Origin: Rhynchopus sp. YZ270_cl-10
Lineage: Eukaryota
Reading direction: 5' to 3'
NCBI GenBank assembly: GCA_964035575.1
Contig: OZ037847.1
Coordinates: forward strand, 62,001-126,000
DNA length: 64,000 nt
The notes under the pieces were generated by a model that was not told where the DNA came from, did not search any database, and was given only the letters and a program-made list of their open reading frames with translations. Both the position numbers and the translations under genes were made by a program. Shown in pieces: positions 11,613 to 22,416 of this stretch; position 1 is the first letter of the stretch, and every line of letters begins with the position of its first letter.

Positions 11613-12274
11613 AGTGCGGAAATTGACCAAAAAATGAGAACTTGCCTGTCGCCACCCCATAATAAATGTTATTCGCATGTCATTCGCATCCTGTTCGCAT
11701 TGGCCAATGCGAACAGGATGCGAATACCCAATGCGAACAGGATGCGAATGATGCGAATGAGCCGTTCGCACGCTATGTATGCCTAGGGGGACTATGAAGT
11801 CCCCCTAATCCGACACCCCAAAAGAGTAACTCCCCCCCGGGTAGACTCCACCGTGATGGTAAAAAAAAAAAAAAAAAAATTTTTTTTTTAAAAAAAGGCG
11901 ATCATATTTCATATCTCTTACCGATAGCCCTGCCAAGGTCAGGCCCAAAAAAAAATTTTTTTTTCCAGGCTTGAAAAAGTAGTTGTCAAATTTTTCAAAA
12001 AAAAAATTTTTTTTTTGAAAAAAATTTTCTCGACATCTACTTTTCCAAGCCTGGGAAAATACCGGTAGGGGTACGTCGTAGAGTAAAAACCAATGCAGGA
12101 AAATACCAGTAAATACCAGTAAATATCAGTTTTTCTCAGGCTTGGAAAAGTAGTTGTCGAAAAAAAATTTTTGGGAAAAAAAAATTTTTTTTCGACAACT
12201 ACTTTTCCCAGCTTGGAAAAAAAACTGATATTTACTGGTAGTAACTGGTATTAACTGAGATTTGACGTAGCCTC

Positions 12275-12347
12275 CTGAGGGAAATTTATTTCCCGAGGGG
12301 AAATTTATTTCCTGAGGCAAATTTATTGCCCGGGGCAAATTTATTTC
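12275..12347 (+). repeat. 18-bp tandem repeat (CTGAGGGAAATTTATTTC)n, left half; it resumes at 16985
   Basis: 4 units here and further units at 16985-17100, interrupted by the split-direct-repeat element. Confidence 0.85.
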
Positions 12348-15300
12348 TATGATTACATGCAATGCTAAAAGGAAATTGAACACCGTACCCTACTCCCATC
12401 CTTTTTCCATTTTTCTAATCCGGGGCGGGTTGGAGTAGAGCCACATTTCACCGACAGGTCGAGGTGTGTGCGTTTCACCACCATTTACACAACCTCTCCT
12501 TAACCATGAAGCTGCGTACGTACTGACGCAGGAAGAAGGAAGAAAAATAACACCGTTGCGAAGACGGTCACCAATCGACGTTGTGGACTCGGGGTTCGCG
12601 CCTGGTGGAAGGTGCAGTACGTGTCGGGCGGGTGTAGCAACACGAACCGGGTTGTGTCGATGCCATCCCGTCGGAAGCTCCGCAGGGAACGAGACGTCGG
12701 CGCAGAAGGATGGATGTGGAGCTTGCGGCGGACGCGAGTACGTTTGAGATGGTGGGTGTGTCCGGGACTGGTGCGTCTAGCGTTCTGATTCGTCGTCTCC
12801 TGCTGGTGCGGTGCCTCTACACCGACGAGGAGGGGCACTGTATCTAGGACAGTTGCGGTCGAAGTCGACGTGGAAGGGGCGACACGCGTTTGCTGTGCAG
12901 GAGTACTATGCGTAGGCCTAGTGCGCAGTGCGTATCCATCGAGTGGCTGGCGGGGTGATGCATGGGTACGGGTCTTTTATGTTTGGTTAGCACGGTTGGT
13001 AAACGGGTGACGGAGGTGCGGGTGCTGCGTCGCTGTTGCGATTCTCGGCAAATGGTGTGCAAGTGAGCACGGGGTGCGTGCTAACGCTGGCGTGGATGGG
13101 CCTGAGACCAGGACGGGTCGCTGGAGGCGGTGTCTATGGCGCTGACGGGCTGCGGTAGAGGAGAACGGGGTTGCGTTGTTGTGTTTAGGGTACTTGTGGA
13201 GAGCCAGGAGGGTCAATGGGTGAGTGAGATCATTGTGGACACCGCGCTAAGGGTGTGCGATGCTTGTGGGAGGTTATGCTGACGGCGACGTCGTACACGT
13301 TCATGACGCCGCTGATGTACAACAAGTGTGCGCGTGATGCGGGGGATGTGTGGTACGCTGTGTCTGGGACGGCAGTGGAGACACTGCAGACGGTTTGGAG
13401 CTGGCTGCTGCGTCGGTTGAATGATGTGGTGCCTGCGTCTGGACAGGGTACCTGTTTGGGGAGCGTTGAGCGTGCGGGTGGCATCTGCGGAGGAACTGCA
13501 GGCAGGGAGGTACACACCATGGGAAGGGGATGGACAGCGTAACTTGTGTACGTGAACAGCTGCAACGAGGCGTCGTGGGGAGCGATTCTGCGACGGCTGT
13601 GGGGTACCACCGTGCAGTGGGGTGGAGATGATCGGGACATTGATGGGAGCGGTGACTGGACATGCGCACAGCTGAGGAGGTGTCTGTGTCGCTGCACACG
13701 GATGGGCACGGCGGGGCGGCAATGCTGAGCACACGGACGTGGGTGAGGACGGTGACGCAACGACAGCGGCGGGGCTGCTGGCGGCTGTGGAGTCAAAAGT
13801 AGCGACCCCGTGGCTGTGCTGGGGACGCTGGAGTACGGGGTTGGTTGGGATGCGATTCCGCGGGCGGCTTAACTGGAAGATATTTGTGACCACGGGCGAG
13901 TCTTTGGGAAGGAATAACAAGCGGGGCGCTGGTCCGTGAGAGACTGACAGCTTCGTCAGGAAGAAGGGGGACAGGGTGACAGACTTGGAGACTTGTGATA
14001 GTGGGGTGTACTGGTGGACTTTGGGGATCTTCATGTTACTGTGCACCGTGTGTACCTTGAGTATCTTATTCGGTAACTAGGGATAATGGGATTTCTTTTT
14101 GGGTTTTTGGTGTTGGGTAGAATTAGGTGGATCTGGCCTTGAGGCTTGAGGGCCTGTACATGGTATTCGAGGCAGCGAGTAGAACGAAGAAGTTTTCCTT
14201 TATTGTCCTTGGGCCAGATGAGCGCCCTGTATACTATATACTTTCTTAGAGGCAGTGAGGTAGAACACTTTTCTTGTATTTCTTGTGTGTTCGGGTTTTG
14301 GACCACCATGGGCCAAGAGTGCCATGAAATTGTCTGAGAGGCAGTGAGGTAGAACGTTTTATTGTGGTTCGGGTGTGTTCGGGTTTGGACTACCGGGTTG
14401 AGAGTGCCCTATAACTTGACTGAGAGTGAGGTAGAACATTTTCTTATGTTTCCTGTGTTTTTCTGTTATCGGTTTTGGTCTACTTTGGGTCGTTGAGTAC
14501 CCTGTACAATGTCTGAGAGACAGTGAAGTAGAACGTTTTCTTGTGTTTCCTGTGTTTTTCTGTTTCAGGCTTGGTCTACTTTGGGTCGTTGAGTACCCTG
14601 TACAATGTCTGAGAGACAGTGAAGTAGAACGTTTTCTTGTGTTTGTTGTGTGTTCGGGTTTTGGGCGACCTTGGGCCACGAGTGCCCTGTACATTTGTCT
14701 GAGAGGCAGTGAGGTAGAACGTCTTTTTGTGTTTCGTCGTTATCGTTGTTGGTCTACTTTGGGTCGTTGAGTACCCTGTACATTGTCTGAGAGGCAGTGA
14801 GGTAGAACGTCTTCTTGTGTTTCGTTGTTATCGTTGTTGGTCTACTTTGGGTCGTTGAGTACCCTGTACATTGTCTGAGAGGCAGTGAGGTAGAACGTCT
14901 TTTTGTGTTTCGTCGTTATCGTGGTTGGTCTACTTTGGGTCGTTGAGTGCCCTGTACACTGTCTGAGAGGCAGTGAGGTAAAAAGTTTTCTTGTGTTTCC
15001 TGTGTTTTTCTGTTTTCAGGTTTGGTCTACTTTGGGTCGTTGAGTACCCTGCACACTGTCTGAGAGGCAGTGAAGTAGAACGTTTTCTTGTGTTTGTCGT
15101 GTGTTCGGGTTTTGGGCTACCTTGGGTCACGAGTGCCCTGTACATTTGTCTGAGAGGCAGTGAGGTAGAACGTCTTTTTGTGTTTCGTCGTTATCGTTGT
15201 TGGTCTACTTTGGGTCGTTGAGTACCCTGTACATTGTCTGAGAGGCAGTGAGGTAGAACGTCTTCTTGTGTTTCGTTGTTATCGTTGTTGGTCTACTTTG

Positions 15301-16984
15301 GGTCGTTGAGTACCCTGTACATTGTCTGAGAGGCAGTGAGGTAGAACGTCTTTTTGTGTTTCGTCGTTATCGTGGTTGGTCTACTTTGGGTCGTTGAGTG
15401 CCCTGTACACTGTCTGAGAGGCAGTGAGGTAAAAAGTTTTCTTGTGTTTCCTGTGTTTTTCTGTTTTCAGGTTTGGTCTACTTTGGGTCGTTGAGTACCC
15501 TGCACACTGTCTGAGAGGCAGTGAAGTAGAACGTTTTCTTGTGTTTGTCGTGTTCGGGTTTTGGGCTACCTTGGGTCACGAGTGCCCTGTACATTTGTCT
15601 GAGAGGCAGTGAGGTAGAACGTCTTTTTGTGTTTCGTTGTTATCGTTGTTGGTCTACTTTGGGCCACGAGTGCCCTGTACACTTTCTGAGAGGCAGTGAG
15701 GTAGAAAGTTTTCATGTGTTTCCTGTGTTTTTTCTGTTTCAGGTTTGGTCTACTTTGGGTCGTTGAGTACCCTGTACACAATCTGAGAGGCAGTGAAGTA
15801 GAACGTTTTCTTGTGTTTGTTGTGTGTTCGGGTTTGGACTACCGGGTTGAGAGTGCCCTATAACTTGACTGAGAGTGAGGTAGAACATTTTCTTATGTTT
15901 CCTGTGTTTTTCTGTTATCGGTTTTGGTCTACTTTGGGTCGTTGAGTACCCTGTACAATGTCTGAGAGACAGTGAGGCAGAACGTTTTCTTGTGTTTTTT
16001 ATGTGTTCGGGTTTTGGGCTACCTTGGGCCACGAGTGCCCTGTACATTGGTCTGAGAGGCAGTGAGGTAGAACGTGTTCTTGTGTTTCGTTGTTATCGTT
16101 GTTGGTCTACTTTGGGTCGTTGAGTACCCTGCACACTGTCTGAGAGGCAGTGAGGTAGAACGTTTTCTTGTGTTTTCTTGTCTGTTCGGGTTTTGGGCTA
16201 CCCTTGGGCCACGAGTGCCCTGTACATTTGTCTGAGAGACAGTGAGGTAGAACGTTTTCTTGGTTTTCTTGCGTTGCTCTGTTATCAGGTTTGGGCTACT
16301 TTGGGCCACGAGTGCCCTGCACACTGTCTGAGAGGCAGTGAGGTAGAACGTTTTCTTGTGTTTCTCTGTTTTCGGGGTTGGTCTACTTTGGGTCGTCGAG
16401 TGCCCTGTACATTGTCGGGAGAGGCAACGAAGTAGAACGTTTTACTGGTTTTTTCTGTTATCGGGTTTGGGCTGTGTCACTGACAGCCCCGAAATATCGG
16501 CAGGGACCGAAAGCTCGGTCGTGCACGCCTAAGGGGAAAGGCCGCGCTGGTGGGTAGTCGACCGTAACGGTTGAAAGAAAGGGGGGGGGGAATGAAATCA
16601 TCAGCAAAGCTGAGGTGGCCAAGATAGTGATCTTGTTATTGGGTGTGTGCGTTTCACCACAACCTCTCCTTTTGTCTTTATTGTCTTTATTGCTTTATTG
16701 TTATTGGGGGTGGGGGAAAAACATAAAAAGGAAAATTAGGGTGCGGTTTCAATTTTATGATTACATGCAATGCTAAAAGGAAATTGAACACCGTACCCTA
16801 CTCCCATCCTTTTTCCATTTTTCTAATCCGGGGCGGGTTGGAGTAGAGCCACATTTCACCGACAGGTCGAGGTGTGTGCGTTTCACCACAACCTCTCCTT
16901 TTGTCTTTATTGTCTTTATTGCTTTATTGTTATTGGGGGTGGGGGAAAAACATAAAAAGGAAAATTAGGGTGCGGTTTCAATTT
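12348..16984 (+). mobile_element. Degenerate split-direct-repeat element (A1..B1-A2-B2), DIRS-order PAT/Ngaro/VIPER-like architecture
   Basis: A1 12348-12501 = A2 16756-16900; B1 16642-16755 = B2 16871-16984; no TSD; decayed GC-rich interior. Confidence 0.7.
14240..16460 (+). repeat. ~86-97-bp tandem array (~25 units) with higher-order structure
   Basis: Conserved GTCTGAGAGGCAGTGAGGTAGAACG core; the 5-unit block 14697-15147 is repeated at 15148-15596. Confidence 0.95.
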
Positions 16985-17234
16985 CTGAGGGAAATTTATT
17001 TCCCGAGGGGAAATTTGTTTCCTGAGGGAAATTTATTGCCTGGGGCAAATTTATTTCCTGAGGGAAATTTTTTTCCGGGGGAAAATTTTTTCCCTGGGTA
17101 AAAAAAATTTCTTTCCGGCCGATTTTTTTCTTTCTTTTGGGGGAAAAAATCGCCACGTACCACGGCTAGTTAGCTACAAGTATGGAACACCCTCAAAAAA
17201 AAAAAAAATCCCAAAATTCGGGCTAAATTGGAGG

Positions 17235-17285
17235 GGTGTTGGGAGGTGTTGGGAGGTGTTGGGAGGGCGTTGGGAGGCGTTGGGG
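17235..17285 (+). repeat. (GTTGGGAGGY)n G-rich repeat, second array
   Basis: Same unit as 3407-3510. Confidence 0.85.
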
Positions 17286-17339
17286 GGGTTTGCCGTTTTT
17301 TGCAAATCAGGTGGAACTAGAAACAAAAGAGCATAATAT

Positions 17340-17447
17340 TATCGTAGTATCGTACAAATTATCGGCCGTATTAATGTTCGACCTTTTCTGGATTTTTTTT
17401 CTGGAAGTTCGACCTTTTTTGCAGCACATAATTTGTACGAATAACGA
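17340..17447. mobile_element. Degenerate MITE related to 43674-43805
   Basis: Shared TAATGTTCGACC and GGATTTTT..CTGGAAGTTCGAC; inverted TCGTACAAATTAT ends. Confidence 0.55.
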
Positions 17448-17701
17448 GGACACACACGGCTGCCCCCTAACGAAGAAGATTGTACGAGCAGCAGACACAT
17501 ACATAGTATATGAAGGATTGAGTTATTTTCAAACAATCAATGGAATCAAGAATTAATGGGTACGCTTCCGTTGGGGAGACATTTGGTACTCGATATGGTC
17601 CAAATATTACCCCCCACGGTATTCAAAAAATAAAGGAATCAAGAGATGCTAACAATGCCCATCTCCAAAAAACCAAAGGGCGCGCTTCAAAAACCAGCAG
17701 A

Positions 17702-18646
17702 CTAGTTGACTTCCGACGTAAACGTAACATTGTAGAGACCCAGTCCTCTGGATGAGAGCCCCATGTACAGGATGTTGCCGTCCCCAGAGAGCGCTGCGGA
17801 AATGGACCCCAGGTTGCCGCTGAAGCCGTTGGGGGTGCTCACAGAGGTCCCTGCCACCTTCCACACGTCTGCTTTTTCCGACGACGCTGTGCACACCTTA
17901 GTCTTCGCGTCTGTGGCGATCTTCGAGCAAGCCTCGGACTCTTCGTTTGCAGTGAACACAAGGGTTGTGGGATCTGTGATGTCGTACACATACAGAGGCT
18001 TCAGCGTGCCTACCATGCACACAGCAAGCGAGGTCCCCACAAGTCCGACCTGTGCATTCCCCCCCATAATCTCCTTCTGCACCACTAGCGCTCCCTCTAG
18101 GGGATTGCTCATGTCGTACACAACAACGCCTCCCGACACGCCACCGACGAAGACCTGTGTGCTCACCTGGTATGCTCCGCTCGTCAGCTCAAACGCGTTC
18201 GCCGTGTCCTGGAATACAACCACAGGACGACGGGGGACCTTCACATTCACCACAACCACGCCAGTGGTAGTTGCTACAAAGAGGTACCCACGCACAGTGT
18301 CGAGGTGGGCGCTCTTCACTGAAACGACACCAAAGGGTGCCAGGTCCAGTATCGTCAGAGTGGTTGCGATGTTCCTTGTTCTCACGACAGTCACGTTGCT
18401 CGCCTGCAGCAGGTACGCGTAGTGGTGCGTGCTGTCAACCGCAATCGCCGCCACCTCCGGAAGTGCGCTCCTCTGCACAACCTTCTCCGTTGCAACGTCC
18501 ACAGCATGCACGCCGTCTGTGCACCCCACCAGCACTGTCGATGTGTCCGGTGCCTCTGCCACTGCCGCACACTTCGTGTCCCCCACCTCAATGTACCAAG
18601 GCAGGGCCGACACGACCGATGCCACCAGGAAGAGCTGCGCAGACAT
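17702..18646 (-). CDS. Secreted beta-propeller protein with LVIVD-like repeats
   Basis: Signal-like MSAQLFLVASVVSALP; repeats GVVVVNVKVPRRP, GVVVYDMSNP, LYVYDITDP, LYMGLSSRGLGLYNV. Confidence 0.7.
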   Translation of the reverse strand: MSAQLFLVASVVSALPWYIEVGDTKCAAVAEAPDTSTVLVGCTDGVHAVDVATEKVVQRSALPEVAAIAVDSTHHYAYLLQASNVTVVRTRNIATTLTILDLAPFGVVSVKSAHLDTVRGYLFVATTTGVVVVNVKVPRRPVVVFQDTANAFELTSGAYQVSTQVFVGGVSGGVVVYDMSNPLEGALVVQKEIMGGNAQVGLVGTSLAVCMVGTLKPLYVYDITDPTTLVFTANEESEACSKIATDAKTKVCTASSEKADVWKVAGTSVSTPNGFSGNLGSISAALSGDGNILYMGLSSRGLGLYNVTFTSEVN

Positions 18647-19245
18647 CGTAGAAGAGTATTGTGTGTGAACCCCTGAAATTGGTGGTGTAGAGAAACCCCA
18701 TGGAGCAAGAACAAAATTCCGTAGACGTAAAAGTAGGTGGGTGTGAGTTTTAATATGCAATACTTTCTACGATAGAGGCAAATCAGTAATGTCTGTAATG
18801 TCTGTAATGCACCTGTACAACAAGATCCAACAAAAAATCGCTGGGAACGCTAGAAAATATACATGTATGTATGCTGTGTGTGCCCCGAATCTCGAAGACC
18901 CGTGCGTGCACAGCAAAACAGAAGAGGTTAGTGGATAGCGTTGTATGAGCAGGAAGAATAGGAAAGCAAAAAGCAAAAGGAAAAAGAAACAACAACAACA
19001 AAACAACGAGTCTCACCGAGAAATTAAAATTATGTAGCACGCTTCTTTGAGACAAAAGAGAAAATTAATAATTAATACGAGTGTTTAGTATCTCCCAGCG
19101 AGGAACCCTTGCACACCCCAAGAAGAAGGTTAGACGCAACGCACAACACTGCTGCTGTGGTTGGTTGGTTGGTTGGTGGCAGTTCGGATCGCTGCACGCT
19201 GTCGGGCTGCTGCTCTCTGCACTCTTCTCCTCAACATCTCAAACC

Positions 19246-22200
19246 TCAGTACTCAATACCAATCCCCCCATGCGCATCCTCCATGTGCTCGTAGATGTCT
19301 TCGTTCGTGAAGTCGCCACCACACTCCCAGCACCACTCGCAGCCGCAGAGGCAGGAGATGTGGTTGCAGCCGTCCGCCTTGAAGGTGGGGGCGGCGCACT
19401 GTGGGCACTGCAGCGACGCAGGGTCGGCAAGGGCCGTCTCCACACCCTCGCGCAGTGCTGCTGCCGCCGCCTCCTCGCGTGCAACGTCTTCCACACAGCC
19501 GTGGCAGCGGAAAGCTTTGATCTTGTCCTCGTCGACACGCGCCCCGCACACCTTCGGGAAGGCCTCCTTCACCTTGTAGCACGTCGCACACCACGCGTAA
19601 CACATATCCGCACGCAGCTCGTCCTCCCCCACACGGTGCTTCTTGCTCGTCACCACCGCACAGGCACGCTTGTTGTACTTCGCCAGTGTGCTCCCCAACG
19701 GGCGGCGCTTGCAGAACGGGCACAGCCCAAGCGTGGGGGTGTACACACACCCAGGCTTCATCGAGGAGTACCATGCCGTCAGACACTTCCGGCACGCCAC
19801 GTTGTTGCAGGTCCCACACGCACTCTCGAGCCCTGCCACGGCGACGTCCTCAAAGCACAGGTTGCACATGTCTGCCAGGTCACCCTTGGCCACGCGTGTG
19901 GTGATCTGCGCACACACCTCAGCAGCGTTCATCACACTGTGCTTCTTCCAGGTCAGTGTTGCTGTTGCTGTCGCTGCTGCTGCAGACGCCTCTGCGAACA
20001 GCTCTGGGTGCTTGTTCCACAGCTTGTACGTGCTCATGGTCGACGAGAGCGCCTCCTCGTCCGCAGTCGTGTACCCCAGCAGCCCGTACAGTGCAGGGTT
20101 CTCCGCCTGCAGCTTGCTGTACACCGCCTCCTCAACGTGCACGCAGTCAGCAGGGCGGTGGACGCACTCCCCACACGTCGTCGCAGCACCCTCTGCCACG
20201 CCGTCGGGACGCACAAACCTGTTCTTGCACCCTGTGCACTCCACAGCAGGCGCCACACCCCCTGTGCGGCAGTACCAGCACTTCGGCGCCACGTTCAACA
20301 GCGCAGGGTTCACAACAGCGTACACAACACTGCACGTCCTGCACTCCACAAGGTGCGACTGCCCCTCCGCAGGCTCCACGCTGGCAGGGCCATCCCCAGC
20401 GGCGGCAGCGTCACCACGCTGCGCACGCGTGGCAGCCTCGTGGCATAGCCCGCACACGCCGCCCTTCATCAGCGTCAGCGAGCGTGTGGTCTTGCATTGC
20501 GAGCACACCGCCTTCTCGTCGTGGTACAGACGCTCCTTCATCGGGCGGTACCCACACCACACGTCGACACGCATGTTCTGTGCCTTCCGCACCCGCAGCA
20601 CCTTGTCGATCGTCCCGTACAGCGCCGTCTCCTCCTCCGTCAGGAACTCCGGCACACGCACCACAAGACGCACAAACCCTGCCGCCAGGATCTCGGGGTA
20701 GTCCTCCAGCTTCTCGATCTTCGGGATCCACCGCCCCTTGGCGCGCTCCAGGAGTGCCGCCGCCCGCCCCTTGAGGTGCTCGTTCCCGCTCAGGTAGGCG
20801 AGTATCGCAATGATGCACGCAGGGCGCTGTGTCACCAGCAGCCCTGGCAGCGCCAGCGACGGGAGCATCGAGAACAGCTGGTGGTCGTCAAACGCTGCCG
20901 GCACCCACAGCGGCACCTTCTCGTTCCCGTCGGTAGGGCTGGTGTGCGGCAGCTCCATAGCGTCTGCCTGCGTGGCGTCCACAAACACCACACACGTCAG
21001 CAGCTTCTGCACCGCAGCAAGCACTGCCGGTGTCGGGGCGTGCACAAGCGACCGCATGTCGTCCTTCGACGGCAGCACCACCCCAGGCCCCGCCTCCAGC
21101 ACATACACACCCGCACCCGTCCCGGCACCCGCCACAAGCTCGCACACCTCCGCAGACCTGTCGTACGACTCGTCGATCCACGTCCGCAGCTGTGCCTGCT
21201 GCTCCCCCTGCAGCTTGCCCACACACTGGCCTAGCGCCTCCGCCAGCCCTGCAAGACGGTCGTCCTCACGGCGCCTGCACGCCAGACGCCACAGCAGCCC
21301 TATCACGCGGTTGTACGTCAGCGCAAGCGCACGCTCCGCCTTGTCAGGCACAATCAACTCTCGCAGCGTCCGGAACACCACGTCACGGAAGCTCTCGTCC
21401 TTCTCAAAGAGCGGCGCCAAGGCCTGCAGGTCGCACGCCCACCCCTCCACGGGTGCAAAGTCAAGCGTCCCACGCTGCAGCGACACAAGCCCCGCACTCT
21501 TCTGTGCCTGCTCGTCCCCCTCCACCACAGCGCCGCTCACAAGCAGGTCCACAGCCGCCTCTGCATTCCCTCCGCTCCTGCGCAGTGCCTCCACAGCCAC
21601 AGCCTCTCCGAAGCCCATCATCACCAGCTGCTCCACCTTCGCCGAGTCCCCTGCACGCGTCTCCTTCTTCACAGACGCCGTCAGGTAGCCCCCACACCCT
21701 TTCTCGCTCAGCCCGTCCAGGGCAGGCCCGCTCACAAAGCGCGTCACGCACGCCCCCAGGGCCTCGTCTGCGAAGTCCTGCCCCATGAGCTGCAGCAGCA
21801 CACCCATCGTCATCTTCGTGATGGTCGCGGGCTGTGTGTTGGGGAGCGTCACCACGGGGCCGAGGAGGGCCTGGAAACGCACCACCACGTCGTCGTGGTT
21901 CGGCACAAAGGTGTACGTCTTCGACACCCCCACATCGCGCAGGGCACGTGTGATGGCCATCCAGTCCGCACCGGGCTGCATCTGTGCGAGCGCCTTCTTC
22001 TCCTTCTCGTAGTTGCTGCCCCCGGTGCGTGCACTGTGCGGCGGTGCGTCTGTGTAGAAGAGCACAATCGTGTGCATCTCCTCTGCCTCACGCAGGTGCC
22101 GCACAACCTCGTTCAGCGCTGTCTTCGAAGCCTCGGGGCGGTCCCCACCACCACCTGCACGCAGCGTTCCAGCAAACGTCGTTGCCGCCTCCTCGTCTCC

Positions 22201-22416
22201 GTAGCATGACCTCAACAGGTTCGTCCCGTCGCAGTAGTCCTCGTACGCCACAATGTCGACCTGTCCACGCCCCGCCGTCAGCACTCTCAGCACCGAGAAG
22301 ATCTGCGGCAGCGTGTCGCTCAGGGATGTGCAGTACTGCCCCATCGACCCCGTCGTGTCGACCACCACAACCACACGCAGGTTCTTCTCTGCAGGCTTCG
22401 GTGCGACAGTTGTCAT
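19246..22416 (-). CDS. vWA-UBA-Zn finger-RING/RBR-type E3 ubiquitin ligase-like protein (1056 aa)
   Basis: MIDAS DTTGSM; GGGGDRPEA; UBA LVMMGF..EALRRSGGNAEAAVDLL; RING CNLC..CPFC; Rcat CPQC..DGCNHISCLCGCEWCWEC. Confidence 0.85.
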   Translation of the reverse strand: MTTVAPKPAEKNLRVVVVVDTTGSMGQYCTSLSDTLPQIFSVLRVLTAGRGQVDIVAYEDYCDGTNLLRSCYGDEEAATTFAGTLRAGGGGDRPEASKTALNEVVRHLREAEEMHTIVLFYTDAPPHSARTGGSNYEKEKKALAQMQPGADWMAITRALRDVGVSKTYTFVPNHDDVVVRFQALLGPVVTLPNTQPATITKMTMGVLLQLMGQDFADEALGACVTRFVSGPALDGLSEKGCGGYLTASVKKETRAGDSAKVEQLVMMGFGEAVAVEALRRSGGNAEAAVDLLVSGAVVEGDEQAQKSAGLVSLQRGTLDFAPVEGWACDLQALAPLFEKDESFRDVVFRTLRELIVPDKAERALALTYNRVIGLLWRLACRRREDDRLAGLAEALGQCVGKLQGEQQAQLRTWIDESYDRSAEVCELVAGAGTGAGVYVLEAGPGVVLPSKDDMRSLVHAPTPAVLAAVQKLLTCVVFVDATQADAMELPHTSPTDGNEKVPLWVPAAFDDHQLFSMLPSLALPGLLVTQRPACIIAILAYLSGNEHLKGRAAALLERAKGRWIPKIEKLEDYPEILAAGFVRLVVRVPEFLTEEETALYGTIDKVLRVRKAQNMRVDVWCGYRPMKERLYHDEKAVCSQCKTTRSLTLMKGGVCGLCHEAATRAQRGDAAAAGDGPASVEPAEGQSHLVECRTCSVVYAVVNPALLNVAPKCWYCRTGGVAPAVECTGCKNRFVRPDGVAEGAATTCGECVHRPADCVHVEEAVYSKLQAENPALYGLLGYTTADEEALSSTMSTYKLWNKHPELFAEASAAAATATATLTWKKHSVMNAAEVCAQITTRVAKGDLADMCNLCFEDVAVAGLESACGTCNNVACRKCLTAWYSSMKPGCVYTPTLGLCPFCKRRPLGSTLAKYNKRACAVVTSKKHRVGEDELRADMCYAWCATCYKVKEAFPKVCGARVDEDKIKAFRCHGCVEDVAREEAAAAALREGVETALADPASLQCPQCAAPTFKADGCNHISCLCGCEWCWECGGDFTNEDIYEHMEDAHGGIGIEY

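Larger units (their letters stand above)
9691..11807. mobile_element. TIR element with (TTCGCAT)-rich subterminal repeats enclosing two satellites
   Basis: TAGGKGGACTWCATAGTCCCCCTAGGCATACATAGCGTGCGAA in inverted orientation at 9691 and 11807. Confidence 0.75.

Noticed and set aside
9983..11771. ORFs with VLYCT, QYT or VYC repeats
   Set aside because: Translations of microsatellites
13270..13300. RT catalytic motif (GYADGD) in the SDR element
   Set aside because: Not a true YxDD and the frame is interrupted; too weak without an HMM search
14240..16460. CRISPR array
   Set aside because: The variable segments are homologous to each other and recur in higher-order blocks; no cas genes; eukaryotic context
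14240..16460. Tandem hammerhead ribozymes
   Set aside because: CTGAGAG does not match the CUGANGA core, and no properly placed GAAA/stem II was seen on either strand
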